In this document: piece after piece, positions 7,419 through 16,072 of the stretch
How positions within the stretch are numbered: the first letter of the stretch is position 1
Layout of the letters: each line of letters begins with the position of its first letter
Source of the DNA: an uncultured Eubacteriales bacterium
GTDB lineage: Bacteria; Bacillota; Clostridia; Christensenellales; Borkfalkiaceae
Reading direction: 5' to 3'
DNA length: 31,794 nucleotides
Assembly (NCBI GenBank): GCA_902767455.1
Contig: CACXHH010000191.1
Location: 1-31,794 of the forward strand
The notes under the pieces: model-generated
What the model saw: the letters and a program-made list of their open reading frames with translations, nothing else
What the model was told of the DNA's origin: nothing
Database searches by the model: none
Translations under genes and position numbers: made by a program

Positions 7419-8471
7419 ATGAAAACTCTCGTAATGACAGGCGGCGGAACGCTCGGGCATTGCAGACCGTGCCTTGCGCTCCTTCCGTACGTTAAAGACC
7501 ATTTTGACAAAATAATTTACGTCGGCTCGGAAACAGGGCCCGAAAGACGAGCGGTCGAAGGAACACTTGATTATACGTGCATACCTACCGTAAAATTCGT
7601 AAGAAGCTTTAACCTTAAAAACCTTACAATTCCGTTCAGGCTTGCAAAAAGCGTGGCGTGCGCGGAAGCTATCCTTAAACGCGAACGCGCTACGCTCGTA
7701 TTTTCAAAGGGCGGGTACGTCGCTTTGCCCGTATGTATCGCCGCGGCAAAACTTTCTATCCCCGTCGTCAGCCACGAATCGGATCTGACGGTCGGGTTGA
7801 GCAACAGGCTCACCGCAAAAAAGAGCAAATTCTTTCTGACTTCTTTTAAAGAAACGGCGGAAAAATATCAAAACGGCGTTTACGTCGGACCGCCGCTTTC
7901 AAAGGAAATACTCGCCGACCGAAAACTTGCTTCAAGAGAAAAATTTTCACTTGACTTTAAGAAGCCCGTGCTTCTCGTCGTCGGCGGAAGCAGCGGCGCA
8001 AAAGCCGTCAACGATTTCGTTCGCACTTATGTTGACGAGTTTTTGAAAAGCTATGAAATATTGCACATATGCGGGGAAAAACATATTTCGGGCGTAAAAA
8101 AACGCGGGTATTGCGAAGTGGGATTTTTAAACGATATGTCGCTCGCCTACTCGTGCGCCGATCTCGCGCTGTCAAGGTGCGGCTCGAACACGGCTTTCGA
8201 GCTTCTCGCAAGGAATATCCCGACGCTTTTCGTGCCTCTCCCCGCAAAAGCTTCACGCGGGGATCAGATAGAAAACGCAAGATATTTTACCGAGAAAAAA
8301 CTCGCGTTGAGCGTCAAAGAAGAGGAGCTATCCGTGGCAAAAGTTTCGGAACTCTTATCCGAACTTTCAAAAAACAGAAAGAGTTTTGCCAAAAATATGC
8401 GTGAATTCGTTCCGTTGAACGCGCTTGAAAAAACGTCTGAAATTGTCATTTCCGTAGCGAAAAACGATTGA
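7419..8471 (+). CDS. murG: Undecaprenyl-PP-MurNAc-pentapeptide GlcNAc transferase
   Basis: TGGGTLGH, FSKGGYVALP, HESD, VGGSSGAKAVN, RCGSNT and RGDQIENA motifs. Confidence 0.96.
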   Translation: MKTLVMTGGGTLGHCRPCLALLPYVKDHFDKIIYVGSETGPERRAVEGTLDYTCIPTVKFVRSFNLKNLTIPFRLAKSVACAEAILKRERATLVFSKGGYVALPVCIAAAKLSIPVVSHESDLTVGLSNRLTAKKSKFFLTSFKETAEKYQNGVYVGPPLSKEILADRKLASREKFSLDFKKPVLLVVGGSSGAKAVNDFVRTYVDEFLKSYEILHICGEKHISGVKKRGYCEVGFLNDMSLAYSCADLALSRCGSNTAFELLARNIPTLFVPLPAKASRGDQIENARYFTEKKLALSVKEEELSVAKVSELLSELSKNRKSFAKNMREFVPLNALEKTSEIVISVAKND

Positions 8472-8496
8472 CTGACGACGTAAGGTGTGATAGTAT
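8468..8496 (+). promoter_or_regulatory. Sigma-A promoter of the WYL regulator (TTGACT-17-TAGTAT, extended TG); the -35 box overlaps the murG stop
   Basis: TTGACT gacgacgtaaggtgtga TAGTAT. A dyad TGATA-N6-TATCA (8488-8503) overlaps the -10 box. Confidence 0.6.
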
Positions 8497-8541
8497 ATTA
8501 TCAAAAATACTGTTTAAGCGCCGACGCGCCAACGAGAAAAG

Positions 8542-9465
8542 ATGAAGTTTCAGATACTGATAAATATCCTTATCACGCTGTTATCGAGAAAATGCGTGAC
8601 AGCCGAACAGATCGCCGCAAGATACGATATATCTAAGAGAACGGCGTATCGCTACATACAGGAGCTGTCGATAACGGGCGTTCCGATAGTCGCCGCCAAA
8701 AACGTTCGCGGCGGATATAAGATAGCCGACAGTTATCGCCTTCCCGCAACTTTTTTCACCGAAAAGGAATTTGCAACTTTAACGGCGATGGTCAACTCCA
8801 TAAAGAGCCAGCTCGCGCACTCGAACGAGCTTGAAACACTTCTCGAAAAGCTGACCGCCGGCAGACGCGAATACGAAGAGATAACGATAAGTTCTTCTTC
8901 GCTCGTCATAGACGGAACGGGCTGGGCGGCGGACGAAAAACTTTCGCAAAAACTCGCCGTTATCACCAACGCGGTTGAAAATTCGAGATTACTTAAAATC
9001 GAATACGGCGACGGAAACGGCAACGTTTCGGAACGCATTATCGAACCGCACGCGCTCGTGTTGAAGAACGGGCGGTGGTACGTTTACGCCTTTTGCAGAA
9101 TGCGTGAAGATTTCAGGCTCTTTAAGGTCGCGCGCATACGCTACGCCGAAGACGAAGGCGAGTTTGAAAAAAGGCCTTTCGATCCCGTTATCAAGCCTAT
9201 CAACGAGTGGCAGAACGCGGGAAAGCCCGTCGAGATGACGCTCAAACTTTTGTCCGAAGTAAGGGGTGAGATCGAAGAGTGGCTCGGCGTGGACAACGTT
9301 TTTTCAGCCAACGACGAGATTTACGCGCACGCTATTTTGCCGTATAATAACAATCTCGTTTCCGAGATAATGCGTTACGGGAATAAAGTGACGGTTATGG
9401 CGCCCGCCGAACTCAAACGCGACGTCATTTCCGCCGCAAAACAGATAGTCGAAATGTACAAATAG
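8542..9465 (+). CDS. HTH-WYL-WCX transcriptional regulator (YafY family)
   Basis: N-terminal winged HTH (VTAEQIAARYDISKRTAYRYIQEL...GGY) and a WYL domain (ERIIEPHALVLKNGRWYVYAFCRMREDFRLFKVARI). Confidence 0.95.
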   Translation: MKFQILINILITLLSRKCVTAEQIAARYDISKRTAYRYIQELSITGVPIVAAKNVRGGYKIADSYRLPATFFTEKEFATLTAMVNSIKSQLAHSNELETLLEKLTAGRREYEEITISSSSLVIDGTGWAADEKLSQKLAVITNAVENSRLLKIEYGDGNGNVSERIIEPHALVLKNGRWYVYAFCRMREDFRLFKVARIRYAEDEGEFEKRPFDPVIKPINEWQNAGKPVEMTLKLLSEVRGEIEEWLGVDNVFSANDEIYAHAILPYNNNLVSEIMRYGNKVTVMAPAELKRDVISAAKQIVEMYK

Positions 9466-9542
9466 ATTAACGACTTTGCTCAGGTGTCGTGAGCAACCTG
9501 TAAATTCGGATTGCGGTCGACTATTCATAATTCATAAAAAAA

Positions 9543-9572
9543 CGCCGCGGCGCTTAAAAAAGCGTCGCGGCG
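9543..9572. terminator. Bidirectional terminator
   Basis: CGCCGCGGCGCTT-AAAA-AAGCGTCGCGGCG with A/T flanks, between convergent genes. Confidence 0.8.
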
Positions 9573-9587
9573 ATATTTTGTTTAAAA

Positions 9588-11648
9588 TCAGGAAGCGCTC
9601 GTTTCGGTAAGATCCTTATAAGCGTTGGTGAAGTATTTGACCTTGGTTTCGTCGTTACGGTAAGAGTTGATGAACTTGTTGGCGATCTTGCTTATTTCAC
9701 TGCTCGTTACGGCGTTGAGCTTGATCTGCTTATAGTTATAAGCGACGGTGCCCTTAACGTCCATATCGGCTTTGAAGGTAGCTTCGTCCGTTTCAACGTC
9801 GTAAGGTTCTTCAACGATCTTGGTGCAAACGATGACATGGATACCGTAATCGGTGATTACCATCGTGTAAGCGCCGACGCCTTCTTCGACTACGAGTTTA
9901 GCCGCCGCGGCGAATTCGGGAACGTAGTTGGTTGCCGAAGTATACGGAGAATAGAGATAACCGTATTCGTTGGAAAGGCTACCGGGGTCGGTGGAGAATA
10001 CGTAAATAGCGTCTTTTATCTTGTTGAGAGTTTCTTCGTTGAAGTCTACGAGCATACCGAATTTATCGGTGCTTTCAAAGCTCTTCTTTTCCATACCCAT
10101 AGTGGCGGTAAGGAAGGTGCTTACGAATTCGTCAAACGCGTAGGCGTTGGGGGTAGCTTTGAGAATGTTCCACTTGGTAAGGGTAACGCCGTTGTCGTCT
10201 TTTTCTTCGTAGCCGTCTTCGTCTTTGACTTCGACGGTGCCGAGATACCGCTTGTAGTCGGCTATATCGGAAACGGTGTATTTATCTTCAAAGGTGAAGA
10301 CGCCGTTGTCGTAAGTACCGTAGTTGAGATATACCCAGCTATCTCTTCTGTCGAGAGCGTAAAGCTGACGAGCGAGCATTGCTCTGTACTCGATTATTTC
10401 GCGTTCGGAAACATTTTCGGTAGCCTTGAAAGCGTTAAGCTGAGCCGTCTGTTCGTCGTTGAAGCCGATGAGAAGGTTTGCAACGTAGCCGTAACCTTCA
10501 AAGGGGTTATAGAGAACGAGGCTCGTATCGGAAGCCGAGTTGAGCGCCGTTTCGTAAGCCGAATAGTCGTTTCTGTAAAGTGCCTTCTGGTTTTCGTACT
10601 CAACTTTGTACTGCCCCCAGAGAGAATCGCCGTAAGTAGCGTCGGCGCCGAGAAGCGTTTCCTGAACGGAAGCCGTCAAAGAATCTTCGTACTTAGCTAC
10701 GATAGCGCTTTCCAACTGAGATTTGATGTTGTCGGCAAAGTAGGTATAGTTGAGAATATTGTCGGCGTTCTGCGAATAATCGACGTATTTGTCTTTATTG
10801 CTCTGGTCGACTTCTTCGGAATTTATAAGCCCTTGATTTACGAGGAACTCTTTAACAGAGTTGAAATCTCTCTTTCTCGCGGTGGTGGAAAGGTCTATCT
10901 TATAAGCCTTCCATACGGCCATATTGAGATCGTAAGTATTCGTATACTCCTGTTTGAGCTGATCTACGCCAATATCGAGCGTAAGGTCGGCAACGAGATA
11001 ATCGTAGTCTTCGGGAGTCTGAAGTTTGAGTTCTTCTTCGGTGAGATCTTCTTCTTCGTCTTCCGTGGGCGCGGTTCTCGCGGTGTAAGTCACGTCTTCC
11101 TTTTCGTCGGCGGAATCGTCGGCGTCGGCGTAAGTGTCGATAAGGTTGTTGACGCTTTTTCTTATATTATAATTTACCTGAGCGATCTCGTATTCGGTAA
11201 GGTATTTTTTGAGCGTTTCGATATCGCCCTTCTTGGGATCGATAGCCGTGCCGCCTGCCGTAGCGCTCGTCTTGAAATACTTCTCGAACTCGGTAAGCGT
11301 ATTTTCGCTTGCGGTAAGCGCGTTGTTGTAGGTTTTTGCAAGTTCGATACGCGACTGCTGGACAACTATCCTGTTGTTTACGAGATTGTCGAGAACGGCC
11401 TGATACGCGCGATCGAGCGTATAGCTGTAATACTGAACGTATTGATAACCGTAAGAAACGTAGCCGGAAACGAGCTGACGTTTATAGATCTCTTCCTTTT
11501 CGACCTGGTCGGAGATCTGAACGGTAGCTATGACCTGAGCCATATCTCTGTCGGTGTTGGTGGTTATCCATTCGCAACCGGCGAACGCCGCGAGCGACAG
11601 ACTTACCGCCATGATTAGGCAAATAATTTTAGCAACTGTTTTATTCAT
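9588..11648 (-). CDS. Large lipoprotein, PrsA/SurA-like foldase with a divergent parvulin domain (686 aa)
   Basis: Lipobox FAGC at residue 25. SurA-N-like QVIATVQ...QAVLDNLVNNRIVVQQ. Parvulin-like FSTDPGS...GYL...YVPEFAAAA...TDYGIHVI. It sits after mfd, where Clostridia usually carry prsA. GGAG SD before ATG 11648. Confidence 0.7.
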   Translation of the reverse strand: MNKTVAKIICLIMAVSLSLAAFAGCEWITTNTDRDMAQVIATVQISDQVEKEEIYKRQLVSGYVSYGYQYVQYYSYTLDRAYQAVLDNLVNNRIVVQQSRIELAKTYNNALTASENTLTEFEKYFKTSATAGGTAIDPKKGDIETLKKYLTEYEIAQVNYNIRKSVNNLIDTYADADDSADEKEDVTYTARTAPTEDEEEDLTEEELKLQTPEDYDYLVADLTLDIGVDQLKQEYTNTYDLNMAVWKAYKIDLSTTARKRDFNSVKEFLVNQGLINSEEVDQSNKDKYVDYSQNADNILNYTYFADNIKSQLESAIVAKYEDSLTASVQETLLGADATYGDSLWGQYKVEYENQKALYRNDYSAYETALNSASDTSLVLYNPFEGYGYVANLLIGFNDEQTAQLNAFKATENVSEREIIEYRAMLARQLYALDRRDSWVYLNYGTYDNGVFTFEDKYTVSDIADYKRYLGTVEVKDEDGYEEKDDNGVTLTKWNILKATPNAYAFDEFVSTFLTATMGMEKKSFESTDKFGMLVDFNEETLNKIKDAIYVFSTDPGSLSNEYGYLYSPYTSATNYVPEFAAAAKLVVEEGVGAYTMVITDYGIHVIVCTKIVEEPYDVETDEATFKADMDVKGTVAYNYKQIKLNAVTSSEISKIANKFINSYRNDETKVKYFTNAYKDLTETSAS

Positions 11649-11835
11649 AAAAACACTCCCGATGAAGAAACGCAAACAGCCTTATCGTGAAATCGTCGCA
11701 TAGGCTTGCCCGCGATCGTGAGCTTTTTTTGCTTCGCCGTCAGGCGTTGATTGAAGCAAATTTACGCGGACTTTTTGCTGTCTTCACTTTAATATAAGTA
11801 TGCACGCACGCATAGTACGCGCTTTAACTTTATAT

Positions 11836-11864
11836 ATTATACCTAAACTTAAAAAATAAATCAA
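11836..11864 (-). promoter_or_regulatory. Sigma-A promoter of the PrsA-like gene (TTGATT-17-TATAAT), giving a ~180-nt leader
   Basis: Minus strand reads TTGATT tattttttaagtttagg TATAAT. Confidence 0.75.
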
Positions 11865-11951
11865 GGTTTTTTTTACAATTTGTTTGCTTTTCTTCCTTAT
11901 TTTACAAACTTTTTTAACAAACGGACTGAACGCAACCCGTCTTTTTAGCCG

Positions 11952-14900
11952 TTACTCTTCCGAAACGGGGCATTCGAGCGCGAAAAGCATAAACTTTTCG
12001 GCGAATTCGGCTTGCGCGTTCGCGCCGCCTTCAGCCCTGAGATTTATTACGGGATTGACGTCGAAAGTAAGCACCGCCCCGCCCTTATGGGCGTTGAGCG
12101 CAAGAGTCAGCCTGCCGTCCTTGAAGGAATTTACGTCTTTTATAACGAGCTTTGCTTCGTCCTTTCTCACCGTAAGCTTGATGACTTCGAGCTTTTTAGC
12201 CATGCGTTTGAGCTTGGAAATAAGTATTAAATTTTCAACGTTTGGCGGGAGTTCGCCGTACAATTCGCGTATGGAATCGCGGACGCGGTTTTCGTCGGCT
12301 AAATCTCGTATCTCGGCGATAGCCTTGTACATATCAAGCCTTTGCGCCGAAGAAGTGACGTACCCGTCGGGGATATACGCGTCAAGACGAACGTCGAGCT
12401 CGGTTTCGAATTCCTTAGTCACTTCGCCGAGCTGCTCTTTTAAAAGCCTTGAATACAGTTCGTAACCTATCTTATCCATGTGCCCGTGCTGTTCGCGGCC
12501 GAGAACGTTGCCCGCGCCCCTTATTTCAAGGTCGCGCATGGCTATCTTGTAGCCGCTTCCCAACTCCGTGTATTCCATAAGCGCCGAAAGCCGTTTGTAC
12601 GCAGACTCGGTAAGCACCTTGTCGGGCTTGTAAGTAAAATAAGCGTGAGCCACGCGGTCGCTTCTGCCGACGCGTCCTTTCAGTTGATAGAGCGTAAACA
12701 GCCCGAGCATGTCCGCGTCGATAACGACGAGCGTGTTGGCGTTGGGAACGTCTATGCCGTTTTCGATTATGGTCGTCGCGACGAGAACGTTATATTCCCC
12801 CGCAAAGAAAGCCATTATCTGCCCGTCAAGCATATCTCTGTTCATCTGCCCGTGACCTACGACGACTTTCGCTTCCGGCACGGCGTTTTTGACTTCGTCG
12901 GCAAAAGAATAAATGCTTTCGACGTGGTTATACAGTATAAACACCTGCCCGCCGCGCGCAAGTTCCTTGACGATAGCGTCGCGTATAAGCGTGATGCTCT
13001 CTTCCGTCACGTACGACTGAACGGGTATCCGCTTTTGCGGCGGCGTTAAGATAAGGCTTATATCGCGTATGCCCGAAAGCGACATGTGAAGCGTTCTCGG
13101 GATAGGCGTCGCGCTCATTGTGAGAGTGTCGACGTTGTTCTTCATAACGCGGAGTTTTTCCTTGTGTTCGACGCCGAAACATTGTTCTTCGTCGAGAACG
13201 AGAAGTCCTAAATCTTTGAACGAAACGTCTTTGCCGAACAGACGGTGCGTTCCGATAACGATATCGATCTCGCCTTCCGCTATCTTTTTGACGTTTTCCT
13301 TTATCTTTTTGGGGCTTTGGAATCTGTTGAGCACGCAGCTTCTTATGCCGAAGTGCTTAAATCTGTCGACCACGGTGCGGTAGTGCTGTTCGGTGAGAAT
13401 GGTCGTCGGCGCGACGATGGCTACTTGTTTTCCGTCCATACACGCTTTAAAGCACGCGCGAAGCGCGACTTCCGTCTTTCCGAACCCCACGTCGCCGAGA
13501 AGCAACCTGTCCATTATCTTTTCGCTCTCCATATCGTGCTTTATCTCGGCTATGGACTGTACCTGATCTTCGGTAAGCTCGAACGGGAACTCGTTTTCAA
13601 ACTCGGCGGTCAGCTCGTTATCGCGTGAAAACGCAAAGCCTTTTTTCGTCGCCCTGTCTTTATACAGCTTTTTAAGGTTGACGGACATCGCCGATATCGA
13701 AGCCCTTACCCGCTCTTTCAGCCGCTCGAATTCCCCGCCGCCGAGCTTGCTGAGCATAGGCGCCTGCTCGCCGCCGAGATACTTGGTGAGTTTATCCATC
13801 TGGTCGGTCGGGATATACATAAAATCCCCGCCGGCGTATTCGAGTGCGACGTAGTCTTTACTGCCTTCGGTGGTAGTTATCCTTTCGGTGCCGCGGACTA
13901 TACCTATACCGTAAGTTTCGTGAACGGCGAAGTCGCCCGTCTCGGGCGCCGAAAAGTTTTCGTTGCGACGCTTTTTGACGCGTTTATCCTTGTCTTTTAC
14001 ACCCGATACGAACACGTCGAGCGCGCCTATTACGACGAGCTTTTCGTCGTGAAGGATAAATCCGTCCGAAAAATAGTAATCGGTAGCGTACGCTTTTCCG
14101 TCGGTATCGGCGTTGTCTGTGCAGAGAATTTCCACTCCGCGGGAATACATCATATCTGCCGTAGAGCGGCTTCGTTGCTCGTTTCCGCACGCGATAATCA
14201 CCTTATAGCCCGACTTTTTCCAGTTTTCGACGTCGGTAACGAGATTCTCGGCGTTGCGCTGATACTTTGGCGACGGCATGGAGTTTATGCGCACGGTATC
14301 GAGCGGCGAATAAATCGAAACGGTCGAATTTATATTTTGCATCGAGTGGCACGGAAGCGTTATCTTTTCCGTGACTTTATAATGCGGTACGAGATTTTCG
14401 AGAGTGAAATCGAACGCTTCGCCGGCTTCCATAAGCGACGTAAACCTTGAAGCGTGCTCGCTGTAAACGCCGGAAGCTACGTCGGCTATCATTTTCGGCT
14501 CGTCGTAGAACACGGCTTTACAATCGGTAAATATCCTGAAAATATCGTTGGTGGTATTTTTCAGCAGCGGAATAACGAACGATAAAACAGCGGAAGTATA
14601 GTCGGCGTTGTCGAGCGTGGACATTATTTCGCCGTAAATAGCCGAAGATTTAACGCGAGCGCCCGAAGTTTTAAACTTCTTCTTGCTCTCGGCAAGCCTT
14701 TCGCGGATATATCCGACGTCGTTTTCGTCAATAAAATAGTCTACGGTCGGAAGGCAGAAGAACGAACGGACTTCGTCGCCCGCGCGCATATCCTCGTCGA
14801 TAACGCGTATACGCTCGAGCTCGTCGCCGAAAAAGTCGCATCTATAAGCGGTATCGGAGTTTACGGGATAGACTTCGAGTATATCTCCGCGAAGCGCAAA

Positions 14901-15386
14901 ATCGCCCTTGGCTTCGGCGAAATCTTTACGCTTATACCCCATTTTTACGAACGTCGCGACAAGCCCGTCTATAGAATATTCCCTTGCGGAATAAAGTTCT
15001 ATCGACGGCATATCGATCGGCATCGGCTGCATAAGAGCTTCGAGCGTGGTGACGACGATATCGACGCCCCGACCTATCTCGTACAGAGCGTTTATCCTTT
15101 TGTACAGATTATCTTTGTTGAGAAATTTTCTGTACAGCAAAACGTCGTCCTTCGCGGGAAGATATACGACTTTTTTGCCCGAAAGATACGCTATCTCGTC
15201 TTTTGCTTTGCTTGCGGAAAGAGCGTCTTTGGCGACGTATAAAAACTTGTCGCCGAAAAGAAGCGGAAGGAAATATCTCGCGCTTTCCGTAACACCAAAA
15301 GCCGCAGTAGAAATTCCACTGCGGGTGTTGAACTGCCACTTTTTGAGCGGCTCCGATTTGATTTTATCTATGTGATCTGAAAGCAT
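11952..15386 (-). CDS. mfd: Transcription-repair coupling factor
   Basis: FALRGDILEVYP, CarD-like RID (AVHETYGIG), GDVGFGKT, SATPIPRTL, QLKGRVGRS, MRDLEIRGAGNVLG and a C-terminal TRCF domain. Confidence 0.98.
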   Translation of the reverse strand: MLSDHIDKIKSEPLKKWQFNTRSGISTAAFGVTESARYFLPLLFGDKFLYVAKDALSASKAKDEIAYLSGKKVVYLPAKDDVLLYRKFLNKDNLYKRINALYEIGRGVDIVVTTLEALMQPMPIDMPSIELYSAREYSIDGLVATFVKMGYKRKDFAEAKGDFALRGDILEVYPVNSDTAYRCDFFGDELERIRVIDEDMRAGDEVRSFFCLPTVDYFIDENDVGYIRERLAESKKKFKTSGARVKSSAIYGEIMSTLDNADYTSAVLSFVIPLLKNTTNDIFRIFTDCKAVFYDEPKMIADVASGVYSEHASRFTSLMEAGEAFDFTLENLVPHYKVTEKITLPCHSMQNINSTVSIYSPLDTVRINSMPSPKYQRNAENLVTDVENWKKSGYKVIIACGNEQRSRSTADMMYSRGVEILCTDNADTDGKAYATDYYFSDGFILHDEKLVVIGALDVFVSGVKDKDKRVKKRRNENFSAPETGDFAVHETYGIGIVRGTERITTTEGSKDYVALEYAGGDFMYIPTDQMDKLTKYLGGEQAPMLSKLGGGEFERLKERVRASISAMSVNLKKLYKDRATKKGFAFSRDNELTAEFENEFPFELTEDQVQSIAEIKHDMESEKIMDRLLLGDVGFGKTEVALRACFKACMDGKQVAIVAPTTILTEQHYRTVVDRFKHFGIRSCVLNRFQSPKKIKENVKKIAEGEIDIVIGTHRLFGKDVSFKDLGLLVLDEEQCFGVEHKEKLRVMKNNVDTLTMSATPIPRTLHMSLSGIRDISLILTPPQKRIPVQSYVTEESITLIRDAIVKELARGGQVFILYNHVESIYSFADEVKNAVPEAKVVVGHGQMNRDMLDGQIMAFFAGEYNVLVATTIIENGIDVPNANTLVVIDADMLGLFTLYQLKGRVGRSDRVAHAYFTYKPDKVLTESAYKRLSALMEYTELGSGYKIAMRDLEIRGAGNVLGREQHGHMDKIGYELYSRLLKEQLGEVTKEFETELDVRLDAYIPDGYVTSSAQRLDMYKAIAEIRDLADENRVRDSIRELYGELPPNVENLILISKLKRMAKKLEVIKLTVRKDEAKLVIKDVNSFKDGRLTLALNAHKGGAVLTFDVNPVINLRAEGGANAQAEFAEKFMLFALECPVSEE
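14195..14218 (-). repeat. Dispersed motif copy inside mfd (AAAAGTCGGGCTATAAGGTGATTA)
   Basis: 17/20 match to consensus; 18 contiguous nt are identical to intergenic copy H at 24479-24496. Confidence 0.55.
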
Positions 15387-15408
15387 TTACGCTTTTAAAA
15401 ATAAAAAA

Positions 15409-15436
15409 GTAGGGCTATAAGCCCGTTAATCGACTT
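15409..15436. repeat. Dispersed motif copy C (GTAGGGCTATAAGCCCGTTAATCGACTT), pth-mfd junction
   Basis: 15/20 match on the + strand plus a partial opposite arm TCGACTT. Contains the hairpin GGGCT-ATA-AGCCC. Lies 2 nt after the pth stop. Confidence 0.65.
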
Positions 15437-15438
15437 TT

Positions 15439-16011
15439 TTACACTTTTGTGTTATAGACGTTCATCAGCCTTTCCGTATCGACGCCTTTGACGAAATCAA
15501 CGGCGCAGCAAGCCGCGCGCTTTATCGCCTTTTCGTATAGCTCGGCTTTGTTTTTCGGGATATTCGATAAAACGTAATCTATCAAAGATATCTCGGGGTC
15601 TTCCTTTTTCGAGCCTATACGTATACGCGCGAAGTCTGTCGCGTTCAGATGAAGAATTATATTGCGCATACCGTTGTGCGTTCCGCCAGATCCTGAAGGT
15701 TTGAACCTTACGGTGCCGACGTCGATGTCGATATCGTCGTATATCACCACGACGTTATTTAACTCGATCTTATAAAAATCGACTACCGCGCGAACGGCTT
15801 CCCCGCTCAGATTCATAAACGTTAAGGGCTTGACGAGAATAACCTTTTCGCCGCTGACGAAAGTTTCGGCGACCAACGATTTGAGCGCCGATTTTTTCGT
15901 GAAATCGCAACGGAGTTCTTCGGCGACGAGATCTATCGCCATAAAACCGAGATTGTGTAACGTTTTTTCATATTCGCGCCCGGGGTTTCCGAGCCCTACT
16001 ACAATTTTCAT
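15439..16011 (-). CDS. pth: Peptidyl-tRNA hydrolase
   Basis: VVGLGNPG, TLHNLGF, KPLTFMNLSGEAV, YDDID, GGTHNGMRNI and RIRIG motifs. Confidence 0.98.
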   Translation of the reverse strand: MKIVVGLGNPGREYEKTLHNLGFMAIDLVAEELRCDFTKKSALKSLVAETFVSGEKVILVKPLTFMNLSGEAVRAVVDFYKIELNNVVVIYDDIDIDVGTVRFKPSGSGGTHNGMRNIILHLNATDFARIRIGSKKEDPEISLIDYVLSNIPKNKAELYEKAIKRAACCAVDFVKGVDTERLMNVYNTKV

Positions 16012-16042
16012 ATTCAAGCGGAAAACGAACGAGTTTTTTAAA

Positions 16043-16064
16043 GGGCTACCCGAGTGGATAGCCC
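16043..16064 (-). terminator. Hairpin after prs (GGGCTA...TAGCCC, then TTT); possible weak internal terminator sharing its ends with the dispersed motif
   Basis: Minus strand reads TGA TAA atcac GGGCTAtccactcgggTAGCCC ttt. Confidence 0.45.
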
Positions 16065-16072
16065 GTGATTTA

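Noticed and set aside
9476-9500. Possible H-type pseudoknot TTGCTCA/TGAGCAA plus CAGGT/ACCTG after the WYL gene; also a 10-nt resemblance to 16S rRNA (GTGTCGTGAG)
   Set aside because: The two helices share bases, no riboswitch consensus fits, and the rRNA match is too short to be meaningful.
9837-11618. 593-aa + strand ORF
   Set aside because: It is codon-aligned antisense to the PrsA-like gene. It stays open because the real gene avoids TTA, CTA and TCA codons. The product has no recognisable motifs and there is no SD or promoter.
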